Numbered from the stretch's first letter, positions 27,630 to 40,240 are shown. The stretch: 64,000 bases of DNA from Euglena gracilis (GCA_039621445.1 CP154954.1:7938634-8002633); one strand, 5' to 3'. The notes: generated by a model from the sequence alone, not told the origin. Translations and numbers: made by a program.

Positions 27630-28076
27630 GTGTGGCTGGAGGGGGTCTGGCTTATTGTCAATGTCTCAAAAACCTCTTTTTTGGGATGCTTTTCTTTGTC
27701 CAGCACATCCTCAAAAAACGCGACCCCAAAAAACCACAAAAAACCCGCATGTTGCATATACATTCCCCCTGACCTGCAACCCCCTGACCCGGACTGGGGG
27801 GTCGTTGTTTAGGGGTGGTCGGTTGGCAAAGGGTAGGAAAGCTTTTAGCTCCTCCAGGAAAATTTTCCATTTTGCAAAAATGAGCATATTGTTGACCAAA
27901 AAAAAGTGCAAAAACGACAAAAAAGATTGACAAAATTTTAGGTCTCAGGGAAAATTAGGACCAAAACGAGGAATTTCAAAAGGAGGAGTCAAAAAAAATC
28001 TCCCAGCAAAAAAAAATCCAAAAATCGCCAAGGAAAAAATGCAAAAAAAATAAAAGAACATAAAAACACAAATTCT

Positions 28077-28775
28077 GCCGCGATCCTTTCCCTAATTGTT
28101 GCGAAGGGCGGCAGGCGGACAGGCGCAACTTTGCCCGCGGCGGGCGTGCGTAAAGCGCAGAATTTTCCGCCCGGGAGGCGCAAAATAGCACGTAAGTAAC
28201 GAACGCCCGAAATAACGCCATTTTTCGGTCATTTTCGGCCAAAATCGGCTGCGGCGGCCCTCCAAAAACGAGCGGTCTGCCCCGGCTAGAGGTCGGCGAT
28301 CCTTTCCCTAATTGTTGCGAAGGGCGGCGGGCGGATCGGCGCAATTTTGCCCGCGGTGGGCGTGCGTAAAGCGCAGCAGTTATCGCCCGGGAGGCACAAA
28401 ATAGCACGTAAGTAACGGACGCGCCAAATAACGTCAGTTTTTCGGTCATTTTCGGCCAAAATCGGCTGCGGCGGCCCTCCAAAAACGAGCGGTCTGCCCC
28501 GGCTAGAGGTCGGCGATCCTTTCCCTGCTTGTTTCGAACGGCGGTGGGCGGATAGTCGCAATTCTGCCCGCGGCGGGCGTGCGTAAAGCGCAGCAGTTAC
28601 CGCCCGGGAGGCGCAAAATAGCACGTAATATATTGCTGCGTTTTACGAACACCCGCCACGGGCAAAATTGCGCCTGCCCGCCCGCCGCCCTTCGCAACAG
28701 TTAGGTAAAGGATCGCCCACCTCTACCCGGGGGGGAGCGCTCGTTTTTAGAGCGCCGCCAAAATCGAAAAACGGT
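28077..28775. repeat. Three ~216-bp tandem units ending in an inverted copy (foldback structure)
   Basis: GATCCTTTCCCT...GGCGG at 28082, 28298, 28515; reverse-complement copy at ~28660-28770. Confidence 0.8.
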
Positions 28776-31700
28776 TAAACACAATTTTTTTTTGTGTTTT
28801 ATCCCCCCTGCTTTAACCCCCCCCAAAAGGGTTGTTCCTTTGTGCAAATGCACCAAAGAGCACCAAAAAAACTTAAATGCGAGACTGCTGCCTAAATCCA
28901 TATGAGTTCCTTGTCCCTATTTTACCAAGTTTTTGATCCAAGCTGTGCTCTTTGTTGAGGAAAACTTTTGGTCATTGCCAATTGCCAACATTCAAATACA
29001 TATCAAGAATAGCCTGGGGGAAAAACAGCGGCGGACTTGCAAAAAAAACAACAAATTTTGGCAAGATTGAGAAACTGTGAAAAAATGCTTGGAAAAAAGT
29101 GCAAAAGTGAAAAAAAATGGAAAGGTGGTTTGGGCATTGGGGGGGGGGTTGTCATATGCTCATTCTTTTTCAAAACTGTGATTTGCAGGTCATTTTTTAG
29201 GCAATTGTCCGATTTCGCCCCCCCCCCCCCCGAGGGAAGGTGGGCTAGCCAGTCCAAATTTCTAGCCCTAGCCCAGCAACCATCCGGGTCTTTACAGAGG
29301 TGCATGGATCCAACCATTTCATTTTGCAAGTTTACAGCACATTTTCCTTTGGCGTTGCATTTTGGGTCAGGCGAATTTTTTATGTCCTCTCCAGCAGCCA
29401 GGGAGCTCCTAAAGGAACTAACTTACTTGCATTTTTTGCATTGCGTATTTTGAGGAGCCTTGTTGCATATTCAGGGGGGTGGGGATGCGGATTACATCAT
29501 CCCGCATGATCCCACATAATTTGCTTTTTTGGGGGAAAATTTGAAAAACGAAAGGCCCAGAAAAGCATTCAAAACAAATGCCTTCTGTTTCAGAGATCCT
29601 TCAGTACTTTCTACAGTAAATGTTCTTTTTTCCTCTCGCAATTGCATCCATTTTGTGATTTATGTAATGTTCCTGTTGAATTATCCTCTTAGTTTGTTTG
29701 GCTCATTGAAGTGCAGAGGAGGGGGTTGTTGTTTGGCAGTCAAAGTTGGTCCTGAGAGCGGGAGGTCACCCTACCTTTTCACCTCAAAAATTAGGCTGAA
29801 AAATCGAACCCAGCTGGATTTGGGCTTTTTGCCTTTTGGGGGGGGGAGTGCCGGACCCACCCCTCCGGATCCCCATCTCCATGGGGAGGGGGGATCCAGA
29901 TATCAGCTTTTTTCAGCCTGGAACCCTCCCTCCCCTCTGGTACTTCAGAAATTCCCTGATCGGAAGCCCTTCCTTTTGAGGTACGTGAATACCAACACAA
30001 ATACCATTTTCTGGGAAAAAAAACATCATCTTTGTGGAAAAAAAATACCCATGTGCACACCATCTATTTCCCAGTTTCTCCATGTGGTTGGTGCGCGCAT
30101 TTGCGCGGACAAACAAGTTTCATTTGTGGGCGCATTTGCGCGCAAGGACATGTCATTTTAATTTCGACATTTTGCGTTGTGCGTGCCGACAAACAAAATT
30201 TGTTTGTGCGCGCAAATGCGCGCACAAACACAGGTCAGTTGCGCGTGTTTGGCTGGGGAACACATGTAGTATGTTATGTAATATCCTTTCGTTCCTAACG
30301 GGCGGCTGCACCCTGGCCAGTTTGAGGCACCACGTCAGCATCAGTGCCAATTGTCGTCACAGTGGGTGTGTGTTTCCCTCCTGTTTGACATCCGAGAGCA
30401 CCAATCTCATCCTCGGCCCCCTCGCGTCACTCGGTGAGAAACATGTGTACCAAACCACCTGGCATTACAGCCCAGTTACAGTTGCAGCCCTCCAATACCG
30501 GGTTGCAGCAGTTCATAAATTGTTTTATTTGTGTCAGGGTGTTTCATAAAAATGGTGAATTTGCACAAATGTGCTTATTTTAAAGAAAAAAACCTTTAAG
30601 TGCGAATCCGGCCGTGTAGGATTTTTTTATTTTGGGGACCTCGTTCAGAAACCACCCCACTTTCGTTGAGGTTCTGTGACAGCCACACGATACAAAAAAC
30701 AATGTTTGTTTTTTGCGGAAATGTGCAGAGGGAGTATGTTTTGTTGTTTTGCGCATTTGCGCAAAGGAACGCTTTCAAAACCAACCAGCAGTCTCTTATG
30801 CCAGTCTGTTTGGCCTGAAAATAGACATTGTGAAATTGTGGTGCTCCCCCCTCCTGTATCTTTGTCTTGTCGGAGCCCCTTCCCACGAACATTGCTGAAT
30901 TCACCGAATGGTGCAAGGTTTTTTTTTTGAGGATTTGAAAGTGGAGATTTCTGAGACGAAAGGAGATCTGGAAGGAGTGGAATCTCGAGAGAGCCGTCCA
31001 CAAAGGTGAGGTGTTTGTACAGCATGTCTGAGCTGGTCAAAGAAAGCATGTACGTTGCCCCATATGACCCCTGAACGCGGAGGTTTCTAGTCAGCAAGCA
31101 TATCAATGATGAACGCAATGAACTTCGCCTCAATTTTTTGACAAAAAGGTCATCGTTGAACCGGCGTCATCTTTGAACGCATTTTTTTCAAGAATGAAAC
31201 CGTGTTTTGCCAGTTATTTTGATGTTGCAGGGGCCATGAAATGATTTGTCACAAGGGTCAAGTGCCAAAATGTCCGAATTCGGTCGCTCAAGGTGTCTTA
31301 ACCTGCTTTTTAATTACAGCAATTTCCCGTGTTATTTGCAGCACAAATGCAGCAAATCCCGTGCCTGCAATGACCATTTCCGCAATTGCTCACATGTTCC
31401 GTTGTGCAATTGCGCAAAGGAACATTTCTTGTTGCGCATTTTCAAAGAGGAACCATTTCCAGGATTGTGGGAACAGTCCGGTTTGAGCAGTTGTGCAAAT
31501 GGAACGTTCCCGCAGTTGCACCAGCAGTCTCTATGTGCAGTTGTGCACTGGTTCCTTGGTGCGATTGCGCAAAGGAACCCCCAATTTTCTAAAGTCAAAG
31601 TGCCATTGTGCTGGGTTCGGTGTCATCTGCCCTGTTTTTTTCCCCCCAACAACATCCCCAGTTGATGAGGCATCTTTTGAAAGGTTCCCAAAGACACGTG

Positions 31701-32465
31701 GTAGGCGCACACTGACGTGCTCCAGGGTACCCTAATTTTCTAATTCCTCATATTTCCCCCTTGCGGTCACCAGACCACATCCCAACCACATTTTATGGGT
31801 CGCGTTCCCAGTATTAGGGATTTCAGGAACAAGGCACCTTTGCGCAAAGGCACAAAGGAACAAACCAATGTGTCAAGTGTGAGTGCCGCCGCCTAACTTG
31901 GTCCTGTTGAGTATTTTTAAAAGGGGGGATTAGTTGGTGGGCAGAGAAAATGTTGCTCAAAAAACCGACCTCAAAATTGCCCGCCGCAAATTATGGCAAA
32001 TGACATTTTCCGTGACCCTCGGGCAGGAACCACAATCTTGTAGTTGGTCAAAGACAGTTTGGCGGACCAAGCAAACCATGTGCATCCTGGGTGGCAGTTG
32101 GGAAGCGGTCGCCGTCCAACAGAAGGAGGGTGTCTGGGGTTTACAGTGTCAACAAAAATCATGGGAGACAAAAAATACGGAGGGAAAAAACAGGTGGAAA
32201 TTTATTGGAAAATTTTCAAATATGAAAAAAAATTGAAAAATGGTATTTTTAATAATGGGAAAGTTTTAGCTTTTTGAAACCAATGAGGGGACATTTTTGG
32301 GCTCTTTTTGCAAACTATTTTTCGAAATGGATTGGACGGAAGTACCTCGTGCAGTTTGGAAGACGTCGCTTTTTTTTTAACCATACTCATTTAGACCATG
32401 CCACAGTGTCCATACAGGGGGGATCGGCTGTGAAAAAAGCTTTCTATCACTCCTCTGCTCTACAG

Positions 32466-32510
32466 AAGCTTGGAGTGAAGCACGAGGCTCTGTCGCTCAT
32501 CCACCCTCAG
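32466..32510 (+). CDS. IFT52: IFT52 exon C (KLGVKHEALSLIHPQ)
   Basis: TACAG acceptor, GTGTGA donor; 45 nt; matches IFT52 LxVKHEPLxLIxPQ. Confidence 0.9.
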
Positions 32511-34136
32511 GTGTGATCTGACCCTCTATGAAATAACTGGCTCGAAGGAACGTCGATGGCAACAGTTGACAGCACCTGCTTGGTCCACCTTTGCGCAATC
32601 TCATTGTAAGTGGAAATTCACCTGTTTGGAACTCTCTTGTCCAATGAACATCCCCGGTTGGCATTTCCCATAACTTGTTTTTCGGTGGCCGGCCAGGATT
32701 GAAAGTGATGGGTGTCACTGCAGGGTTTGGGGTTCGAAAAAGGAGTGTGCGGGGGTGGGGGGCGCCTCCCCCCTCCACAAGAGGTGGGCCCAGACCACAA
32801 CCTGCCAAGGTGGTCCGGACCGCCCCGGGGGAGGTTCGGACCCCCTGCCCCCAAAAAGGGTAAAATTTCCCTCTGGCACTTTGTGCCAAAAATTTTGGGC
32901 ATGCTTGACAAATTTCGCCCAAGAAAGTCCCCAAAAAGAAAGGGCATTTTTGGCCGAGTGTGAGGGCAAAACTTCGGTCCAGCGCTTCGTGCGGACCAAA
33001 AATCGGTCACCTAGACCGTGCCACTGTTCAGGTGGCGTTTCCCCCCCCCCCCCCACGACTGGACTGGGGGGCATCCAACCCCCCCCCCCGCCCTTATGCA
33101 GGGCCTGAGAAGGTCGGAAAACTCATTTTTTGAGGTTTTGCTTGTCCTACCGGGGGGGGGGGAATTGGATGCCAAAAAAATTGATTGGGAAAAAATTGGC
33201 GTACAGAAATCCTGCCAAATTTTTCCGGGCCTTTTTTGAAAATCCTGCCTCAAAATTTGAAAATCACCCTTTTTCCAGTCATCTTGCACACAAAACCTGC
33301 CAATTTTTTCCGGGCCGTTTTCAGGTTTGGCACCAATTTTTTCGGCTTCCAATTTTGTGGGGTCTAATTTTATCTAGCTTCAATTCCCCCCCCCCCCCCA
33401 GTAGGATGCCGGAAACCATTCCCCCCCCCTGATATCAGCCTCTTTTTTTTGCCAAAATATGGCCATTTTTTGGCAGTTTTCTTGTGAGATTTTCATTGAA
33501 TGTGCTGGACCAGGGGTCCAGCCAGCAGCTCCAAGCCAGGCTGGGGGGGGGTCCATTGAAATAAAGTTTGGGCCAGCGCAGCCACACTGAGCAGAAAAGA
33601 CATTGACACAAAGAACCGGAAAAAGATTTACAAAAAAAAATGGTGTCAAAATGGCTGAAAAATGGTGTTCTTGAAGGTTTTCTGGGTTTGAAGGTTTTCA
33701 AATCCTCAAAGTTTCAGCTGAGAATTTCAGTTCCAGCCCAGCTGGATTTGATTTCCTGCCACAATTTGGGTGCAGTCGGGTCCAGCCTGGCAGCCAATTT
33801 GACCTCTCCCAATTTGGAACCCCCACCCCCTGGGGGGGGGGGATCCAGCCAGTATTTTTTTCCCTTTCCAGTCAGCACATTTTTTTCCAGCCAGCATGTT
33901 CGCCCCCCCCCCAAGAAAACCCCTGGCTGACATTTATTTTATATATGCTCAAGGACCCCCCTGCCTTTATGTTGGGGGGGAAAAAACCTGGCCCACCCAA
34001 GTTTGCTGTTTCTTTTTGTATTTCTAACCGGCTCAGCACCACAAGTGACTTCGAGGAGGGGGGTGTAAAACAACACGTTTTACATTTAAGGCGGTGGTTT
34101 GTTGGTTGCAGGTCCTCTTGTCTCCCTCTCCGTCAG

Positions 34137-34188
34137 TTTGAAACCCCATTGCCGCCATTGTACCCTTCGGTGTTTCTGCCCACACACC
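34137..34188 (+). CDS. IFT52: IFT52 exon D (FETPLPPLYPSVFLPTH + first base of Arg)
   Basis: Pyrimidine tract and CAG acceptor; matches FETPLPPLQPAVFPP. The 3' boundary has no GT and is placed by the nonconventional intron consensus (uncertain by 1-2 nt). Confidence 0.85.
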
Positions 34189-35017
34189 GCGCAAGGCTTT
34201 TCAATGTGAAAAAATTCCCCTTACTCCCATTCCCTTGTTTGAGAACCCCCATCCCAAAAATAGCCTAAAATGATTTGGGGTCCAAAAATCATTTAAATCG
34301 CTTGAAATGCCTTAAAATGCCTGAAATGGAAATTTCTGTGGCCCGAAATTATTTGCGTTTTTATGACCAATCCCATGTTCAAAGTTTTGTATTCATCATG
34401 ACAATCAGGATGTGTGGTGTGTAGGCTTCTTTTTGAGAAAGATTGTACCCCTGGGGGGTATTATGGGCAGGCAGGGGGTAGGGCACGTTCGACCCCCCCC
34501 CCCCGGGAGGTTGGGGTTTTGGCCCTCTACCGGCCCCTCTACTGGCGCCGAAGGCTCCAGGGGCCCGAAAATGGCTAATTTCAAGAGAAGTTTGCAATTT
34601 GCCTGGGTTGGCAGGCACCGGGGTCCGACCCCTCCCCCGGGTGTGCCTGCAATGGGCAGGCACCCAATAGCACAAGGCACCCTCCCTCCCCCCAGGGTTG
34701 GTAAAAAGAAGCCTGGTGGTGTGTGGGTGTGTGTGTTTCCTTAGAAGCCAGGTTGAGAAAGAGCTCCTATCTGCAAGCACCTTAAGTAAGCTTGGGTCAG
34801 GTCAGATACAGTGTGTTATCTGAAATTGAGCAATCAAGCATTTCCCAATTTTGGGCAGTTGATGCACTGATCATTTTGTATCTTATTTCCATTGAAAATG
34901 TTCCCAAAAATTTTCATTTCCCATATTTTTTTGTTTGGATTATATTGGCGAAAGAGAAGCAATTGTATCTGATTCCAAAAGCTCCCAATGGGAACTCTAA
35001 CGAAGAGCCTTGGCATT
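34189..35017 (+). other. Putative euglenid-type nonconventional (non GT-AG) intron, 829 nt
   Basis: Ends GCG-CAAGGCTTTTC ... GAAGAGCCTTG-GCATT; 34192-34202 pairs with 35002-35012 (10 Watson-Crick + 1 G.U), i.e. +4..+6 with -8..-6; Y|R at the 3' junction; removal restores THREPPPP. Confidence 0.75.
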
Positions 35018-35107
35018 GTGAGCCGCCACCGCCAGCATTGGACCTCTTTGATTTGGATGAGCATTTTGCCACGGAGAAGGCGCGGTTGGCATACCTGACA
35101 AATAAAT
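35018..35107 (+). CDS. IFT52: IFT52 exon E (REPPPPALDLFDLDEHFATEKARLAYLTNK)
   Basis: Conserved IFT52 EPPPPALxLFDLDExF...LTNKC motif; GTGTGT donor at 35108, phase 1. Confidence 0.92.
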
Positions 35108-35130
35108 GTGTGTTTGTTGTGAGTTGGGGG

Positions 35131-35549
35131 CAGGGGCTACCCCGGGGCTGGTCCAGCCAGCCAGCATTTTTTTTTCGGCCAGCACCTCTCAGCCGGGCTG
35201 CAGACTGTGGACCGCCCGGGGGTCTGCTGAAATGAAGTTTGCGAAACCGTGCTGGATGGAAAGAGATTTTGGCACAAAGCGCTGAAAATTTTGGGAAAAT
35301 GGCCCAAAAATGGCATTGTTGGGTGGTTTTTGGGTCTGCACCAAATTTTGGCTGAAAAAAATGCCAACCCAGCTGGATTTGGGCTTTTTTGGAGCATTTT
35401 GGGGGTATCCGCCGGGTCCAGCTGGCCAGACCCCCCCCCCCCTGAACCCCCTACTCCCCAGAGGGGGGTCCGGCAAACACCTTTTTCCAGCCAGCACCTT
35501 TTTCCAGCCGGCCCCCAGGACCCCTCAGGGGTCTTTAAGAAAAGCCCTG
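35131..35549. mobile_element. CAGGG-TIR MITE 23 nt inside the exon E donor
   Basis: Starts CAGGGGCT, ends AAAGCCCTG; flanks GTTGGGGG / GTTGCGGG (7/8). Confidence 0.72.
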
Positions 35550-35974
35550 GTTGCGGGATATTTGATTTAATGGTGTTTGTTCAAAGGTCATTCTATTAAT
35601 TATGAGACAATATGACAATATGCAAAGCAATTATGTTCTGCCAGTTACCGCTTATTCGCATTTTTCATACCAAAATTTACCTACCTCCCCCCCCCCCCAT
35701 GCCCAATGAACACCCTTGCCCAATGAACAGGGGGTGTTCGGACCGTCTACATTGTCACCATAAACCTTATCTACACAGAAACCGTACCCCAAGCCCAATG
35801 AACACCCCCCGTTCGGACCGTCTAGATCGTCACCTTAGTGTTCATTGGGCTTGGGGGGGGAAGGTAAAATATTCGGATTCCTTGGCAAATCTCCCTGTTT
35901 TTTTTTATTTGGAATTTTCCGACAACCCACCCACCCACCCACTCATTTCCCTCTCCCCTGACCCTTATACATGC

Positions 35975-36546
35975 ACACACATCCACACACATCCACACAC
36001 ATCCACACCCACAACCTCAAAACCCCAACCCCGCACACCACCCACTCACACACCCACCCACCCACCCACCCACCCACACACACAACACAAACGCGCGTGC
36101 ACACACACAACACAACACAACACAACACAACACAACACAACACAACACACACACACACACACACACCAAGGTGTAAGCTTTAGAGAATTTGACCCCACCC
36201 CCTGGGGGGTTCAAGCTAGCCAGCAGCTTTTTTCCAGCCCCGGACCCCCTCCCCCCATGAAAAATACCAGCAATAATTAAATAATAAATAAATTCTTTGT
36301 TTGTTTGTTTCCAGCCACCCTTTGGGCGGCTGGAAATATATGATTTTTGCTTTTGGGGATACAAAAATGGGCAAAAATGGGTCAGATTTGGCCGGCCAGG
36401 AAGAATTTGTGGGTCAAAAAAAATCGTTTTTGGGTATTTTTGCATTTTCGATTTTTTTTGGTTCCCGGTTCGGCCCGGGGGGGGGGGGTCGGCCAGCAGC
36501 CTTTTCCAGCCAGTCCAAGTTCGTTAAAAAACGCCCTGACACACAC

Positions 36547-36601
<55 letters not shown>

Positions 36602-37160
36602 TATCTCCCCAACCCCCTCCCCAATCCCCCCCCACCCACCCACACCCACCCATGCACCCATGGGGATGTATGGGAATTGTGGGGGGTCCCCACCATCACC
36701 TGGACCCCCCCTTGGATGCTGGGAGGGGGTGTCCAGACCATGCCATTGCTTAAGGTGTACAATATGCTCAAAATGAGGGAAAACGGCATTTTTTTGCATT
36801 TTCCGGTGCACAGCACAGCACACAGTGCCGGAAAGATTTTTCGCCATTTTTAGAACCTGCCCAAAAGGGGGGGGGGGCGGGGGGACCTGGACCCTGCCAT
36901 TTCTCACTGACCCCCAGGGGGAGGGGGTCATTTTCCATTTTCAAAAAACAGTCAGTCATTTTTTAAAAAACCAGTCACCCACTTCCTACCCAGGGGGCGG
37001 GCTTCGATGTAAAGGCAGGTGGGGGGGGGGGTCAGTCCCCCCTCTGGTCCACAGGGAGACACCCCCACCTCTACAGTGAAACGTTCTGGGAAATCAAAAA
37101 AAATGCAAAAAAATTTCGGCACAAAGCGCCGGAAAGAGACCCCCCATGTGTGTGTGTGTG

Positions 37161-37201
<41 letters not shown>

Positions 37202-37829
37202 TTGGGTGGGGAGGGTTGGGTGTTGTTGGGTGTGGGTGGGAGGGGGCTCACCTTCCATCGACAAATTTTAACGATTGTCCAGTAGCCGTATTACGAGCCA
37301 CTGGAATAAGCCACTAGCCGGCTAGACCGCCCCTCCGGGGACCCTGAACTGGAATTTTTTTTCTCTGGCGCTGCGTGCCGAGGTGGAAATGGTATTTATT
37401 TTGTGTTCTTTTTGTTCCAAAAATTCCTAAAAATTCCTAAAAATGGCCAAAAATGGGCATTCCTGGCCATTTTGGGGGGGGTCAAAAAAATGCACCAGCC
37501 ACCCCCAAGCGGAACCCCCCCCCCTGGGGGAGGGTCCAGTTGGATGTCCACTGGCCAAATTTGGACAGGGGGGGGGTATATCAGAGGATTTGGTGCCATG
37601 AATAATTAATCAGCTAACCCTGCATGTTTGGGTCACCCTCCTGCTTAAGGGTTCGCAGCCTCCCTCTCCCGAGGAGGCTTGACTGCATGGCGTTTGAGCC
37701 CCCCTGTGCTGTGCTTGAGCTGGAGGGGATGGAAAGAATGCTTGGGAAGCCCGGGGGGGGGGGTCCGGACCCCTCCCAACATGGGGGGGGTCACACACGC
37801 ACGCACGCACGCACCCACCCACCCACCCA

Positions 37830-37860
<31 letters not shown>

Positions 37861-38060
37861 CACAAACGCACCCACCCACGCACCCACGCACGCACCCACC
37901 CACGCACCCACCCACGCACCCACCCACGCACCCACCCACGCACGCACCCACCCACGCACCCACCCACGCACCCACGCACGCACCCACGCACGCACGCACG
38001 CACCCGCGCACCTGCACACACGCACACACACACACACACACACCAACACGCCACCCACAC
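35975..38060. repeat. Cluster of CA/CACG/CAACA microsatellites
   Basis: Simple repeats at ~35975-36166, 36539-36600, 37147-37200, 37792-38060; further (CA)n at 40417-40468 and ~41030-41095. Confidence 0.9.
36167..36538. mobile_element. MITE inserted in a (CA)n tract
   Basis: Starts CAAGGTGT, ends ACGCCCTG; ACACACAC on both sides (TSD uninformative because it is microsatellite). Confidence 0.6.
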
Positions 38061-39078
38061 CCAAACCTCTGCTTGATGATTTTTGCCTGATGCCTGATTT
38101 TGGGTGCCAGTGGGTGCAGTCTGGAAGCTGGTGGGACCCCCCACCCCCGGACCCCACCCCCCAAGGGATGGTGTCCAGCCAGCATCTTTCTTCCAGCTTC
38201 TTTTCCAGCCAGCTGGCCAGCTGGACCTCCCTCTCCCATCAAATCTTCACATTTCTTCTGTTTGAAGCGTGGCTGGACGGTAATGGATTTTCTGCTTTTG
38301 TGGTCAACTCTGGACAAGTGGTCAAAATGGGCCAGAATGGTTTTCCCGAAAGGTATGAGGAGAACCAAGTTTGTGGCAGCGAGGGGTTTGGCTTTCAGTT
38401 CTTTCCGAAAGAAGTGTCCATGCTGAAAATTCCCCAATTCCCTGTCTGGAGCAGATGATTCATCAATGGTGCCTTCAACATGGATTATGAGCAAAGAAAA
38501 CAGTTTGCATTTCATTTATTTGCCTTTGGGGAGGGTCATTTTTTCAATTGCAAATAAAAGTCAAACTCATTGAAGACACTCTGTCATTTCTGTCTTTTTT
38601 TGTGAAGTTTCTGGCGCCGTTGGTGGCAGAGAATTTCAAAAACTAGAGGTCCCCCCTGGAGAGGTCGCTTTTTAAAATTGGGGTCGGTTCGGCAAAGCTG
38701 GGCTGGAAATAATTTCTGTGTCTTGCATTATGCAACATTGGTGTGGAGCCTGTGCTTGTGCCTGTGCGCATTTTTTTTATAAAATAACGCCAGATATCTT
38801 ACTTTTCTGTAGTTTTGGGAATTCACCTGTCAGCCAAATTCAAAAATGACCAAAATTTGATGAAAAGTTTGGTGTCAGATGAATCTGGTCCTGAGCAGGG
38901 CAAGTTGATATCATTTGCCAGAAAAAATTCTGAACAAGGAACAAAAAGGCCAAAACTTACAAAGTTTTCTATAAGCCAAGTTATGCGATAAGTTGTGAGA
39001 AAAACGCTGGCTTTTCACCCCCATCAAGGAATGGCCAGAACTCATCCCATCATGAATTGCTTGGCTGTGGATCAACAG

Positions 39079-39185
39079 GTGAGAATGACGATTTGGAGTA
39101 TTATATATGTGAGGCAGGAGAGGCGCTGGGGGTGACCAAAAAGTTGAAGAAGGACCAGGCCGACAATGCGAAAGCCATTCTGGAG
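39079..39185 (+). CDS. IFT52: IFT52 exon F (CENDDLEYYICEAGEALGVTKKLKKDQADNAKAILE)
   Basis: AACAG acceptor completes the split Cys codon T|GT; DLEYYI..AG..LGV and AK.ILE motifs; GT donor at 39186. Confidence 0.9.
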
Positions 39186-40117
39186 GTGTTGTCAGCTCAA
39201 ATGTTCTATTCCAAACAAATGATTTGGCGGCTGGTGATGAATTTTCACTCATCGCCCTCCAAGTCCTCCAAATAAGCTATTCATTATTTGAGAGATTTGA
39301 TGTTTTCGCTATTAATTCTGATTTTTTGCCGTCATTTTGATCGGACTCAGATGGTACCGCTTTTTACCTTTCTTCTCCTTGTTCTTCCACCTGTTTTTTC
39401 CTTCACCTCATTTCAGAAAGGAGGGGGATGTCATTCATCTTTTGTGGGTGATGTCAAAAAGAAAACCTTGGTGTGGACAAACAGCGGGAGACAAAGATTA
39501 CAGGGGAAAAAATATGGGGTTATTCAGAAGGGAAAAAAAGATGGGCAATTTCAACCATTTGAGAAAAAATGCTGGTAATTGATAATTTATTGATCGGTTT
39601 TTATTGTTTTTATTGTTTTTTTGCACATTATTTTGTTGTTGTTTTTTTCGGTTGTACCCCCCCCCCCGTTTTTGCCCACTGACCACCCATACCAAGCACT
39701 CCCCGGTTGGGGGTCAGGGGGGTCAGGGAACCTGGTCGTGCAACCAACTCCCTGGTCAGGGGTGCACCCCCCCCCCCCCATGGTCAGGGGTTGTTGGGCA
39801 CCTGGTCGGTGGGCAAGGGGGTGCGGGTTTAAGGGGGGGAATTAAGTCATTTGTAAATTGTCTTTACAAATGACAAACTATTTGCAATTTCATGAGTCAC
39901 AAAAGCCTGTTGTGATTCTACGCTACAAAACATCCACCTGCAAATGAAATGCCTTGCTGACATTCAGCAAAAGTCCAAAAAAAACTGGCCAAAAAAAACA
40001 GCTGGTGGTGGGAAACACAATTTGATGAACTGATTCATTTGACTCAGGGAATGATCCCTGTCTCCCGAAATTCTAGAAGGGCACATCCTGCACCACCACC
40101 GCACTCGTCTTTTGCAG

Positions 40118-40240
40118 TACATTTTCAAGCAGATTGTGCAATTCAAGAAACTCAACCACGAGTTCACCCAGAAGGCACCCAAGTCCAAGCCCAACAGCCC
40201 TGTGGATGGAATGTTCTCGGCAATGGGAGAACATCTGTAA
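40118..40240 (+). CDS. IFT52: IFT52 terminal exon G (YIFKQIVQFKKLNHEF...GEHL*)
   Basis: TTTTGCAG acceptor; IFxQIVxFKKLN C-terminal motif; TAA at 40238-40240. Confidence 0.9.
   Translation, partial: YIFKQIVQFKKLNHEFTQKAPKSKPNSPVDGMFSAMGEHL

Noticed and set aside
31000-31200. KVRCLYS...LNRRHL as a BED finger of a hAT transposase
   Set aside because: Second Cys is missing, spacing is wrong and there are in-frame stops; cannot be supported without an HMM search.
35612-38515. His/Thr- or Cys/Val-rich ORFs
   Set aside because: Microsatellite translations inside an IFT52 intron.
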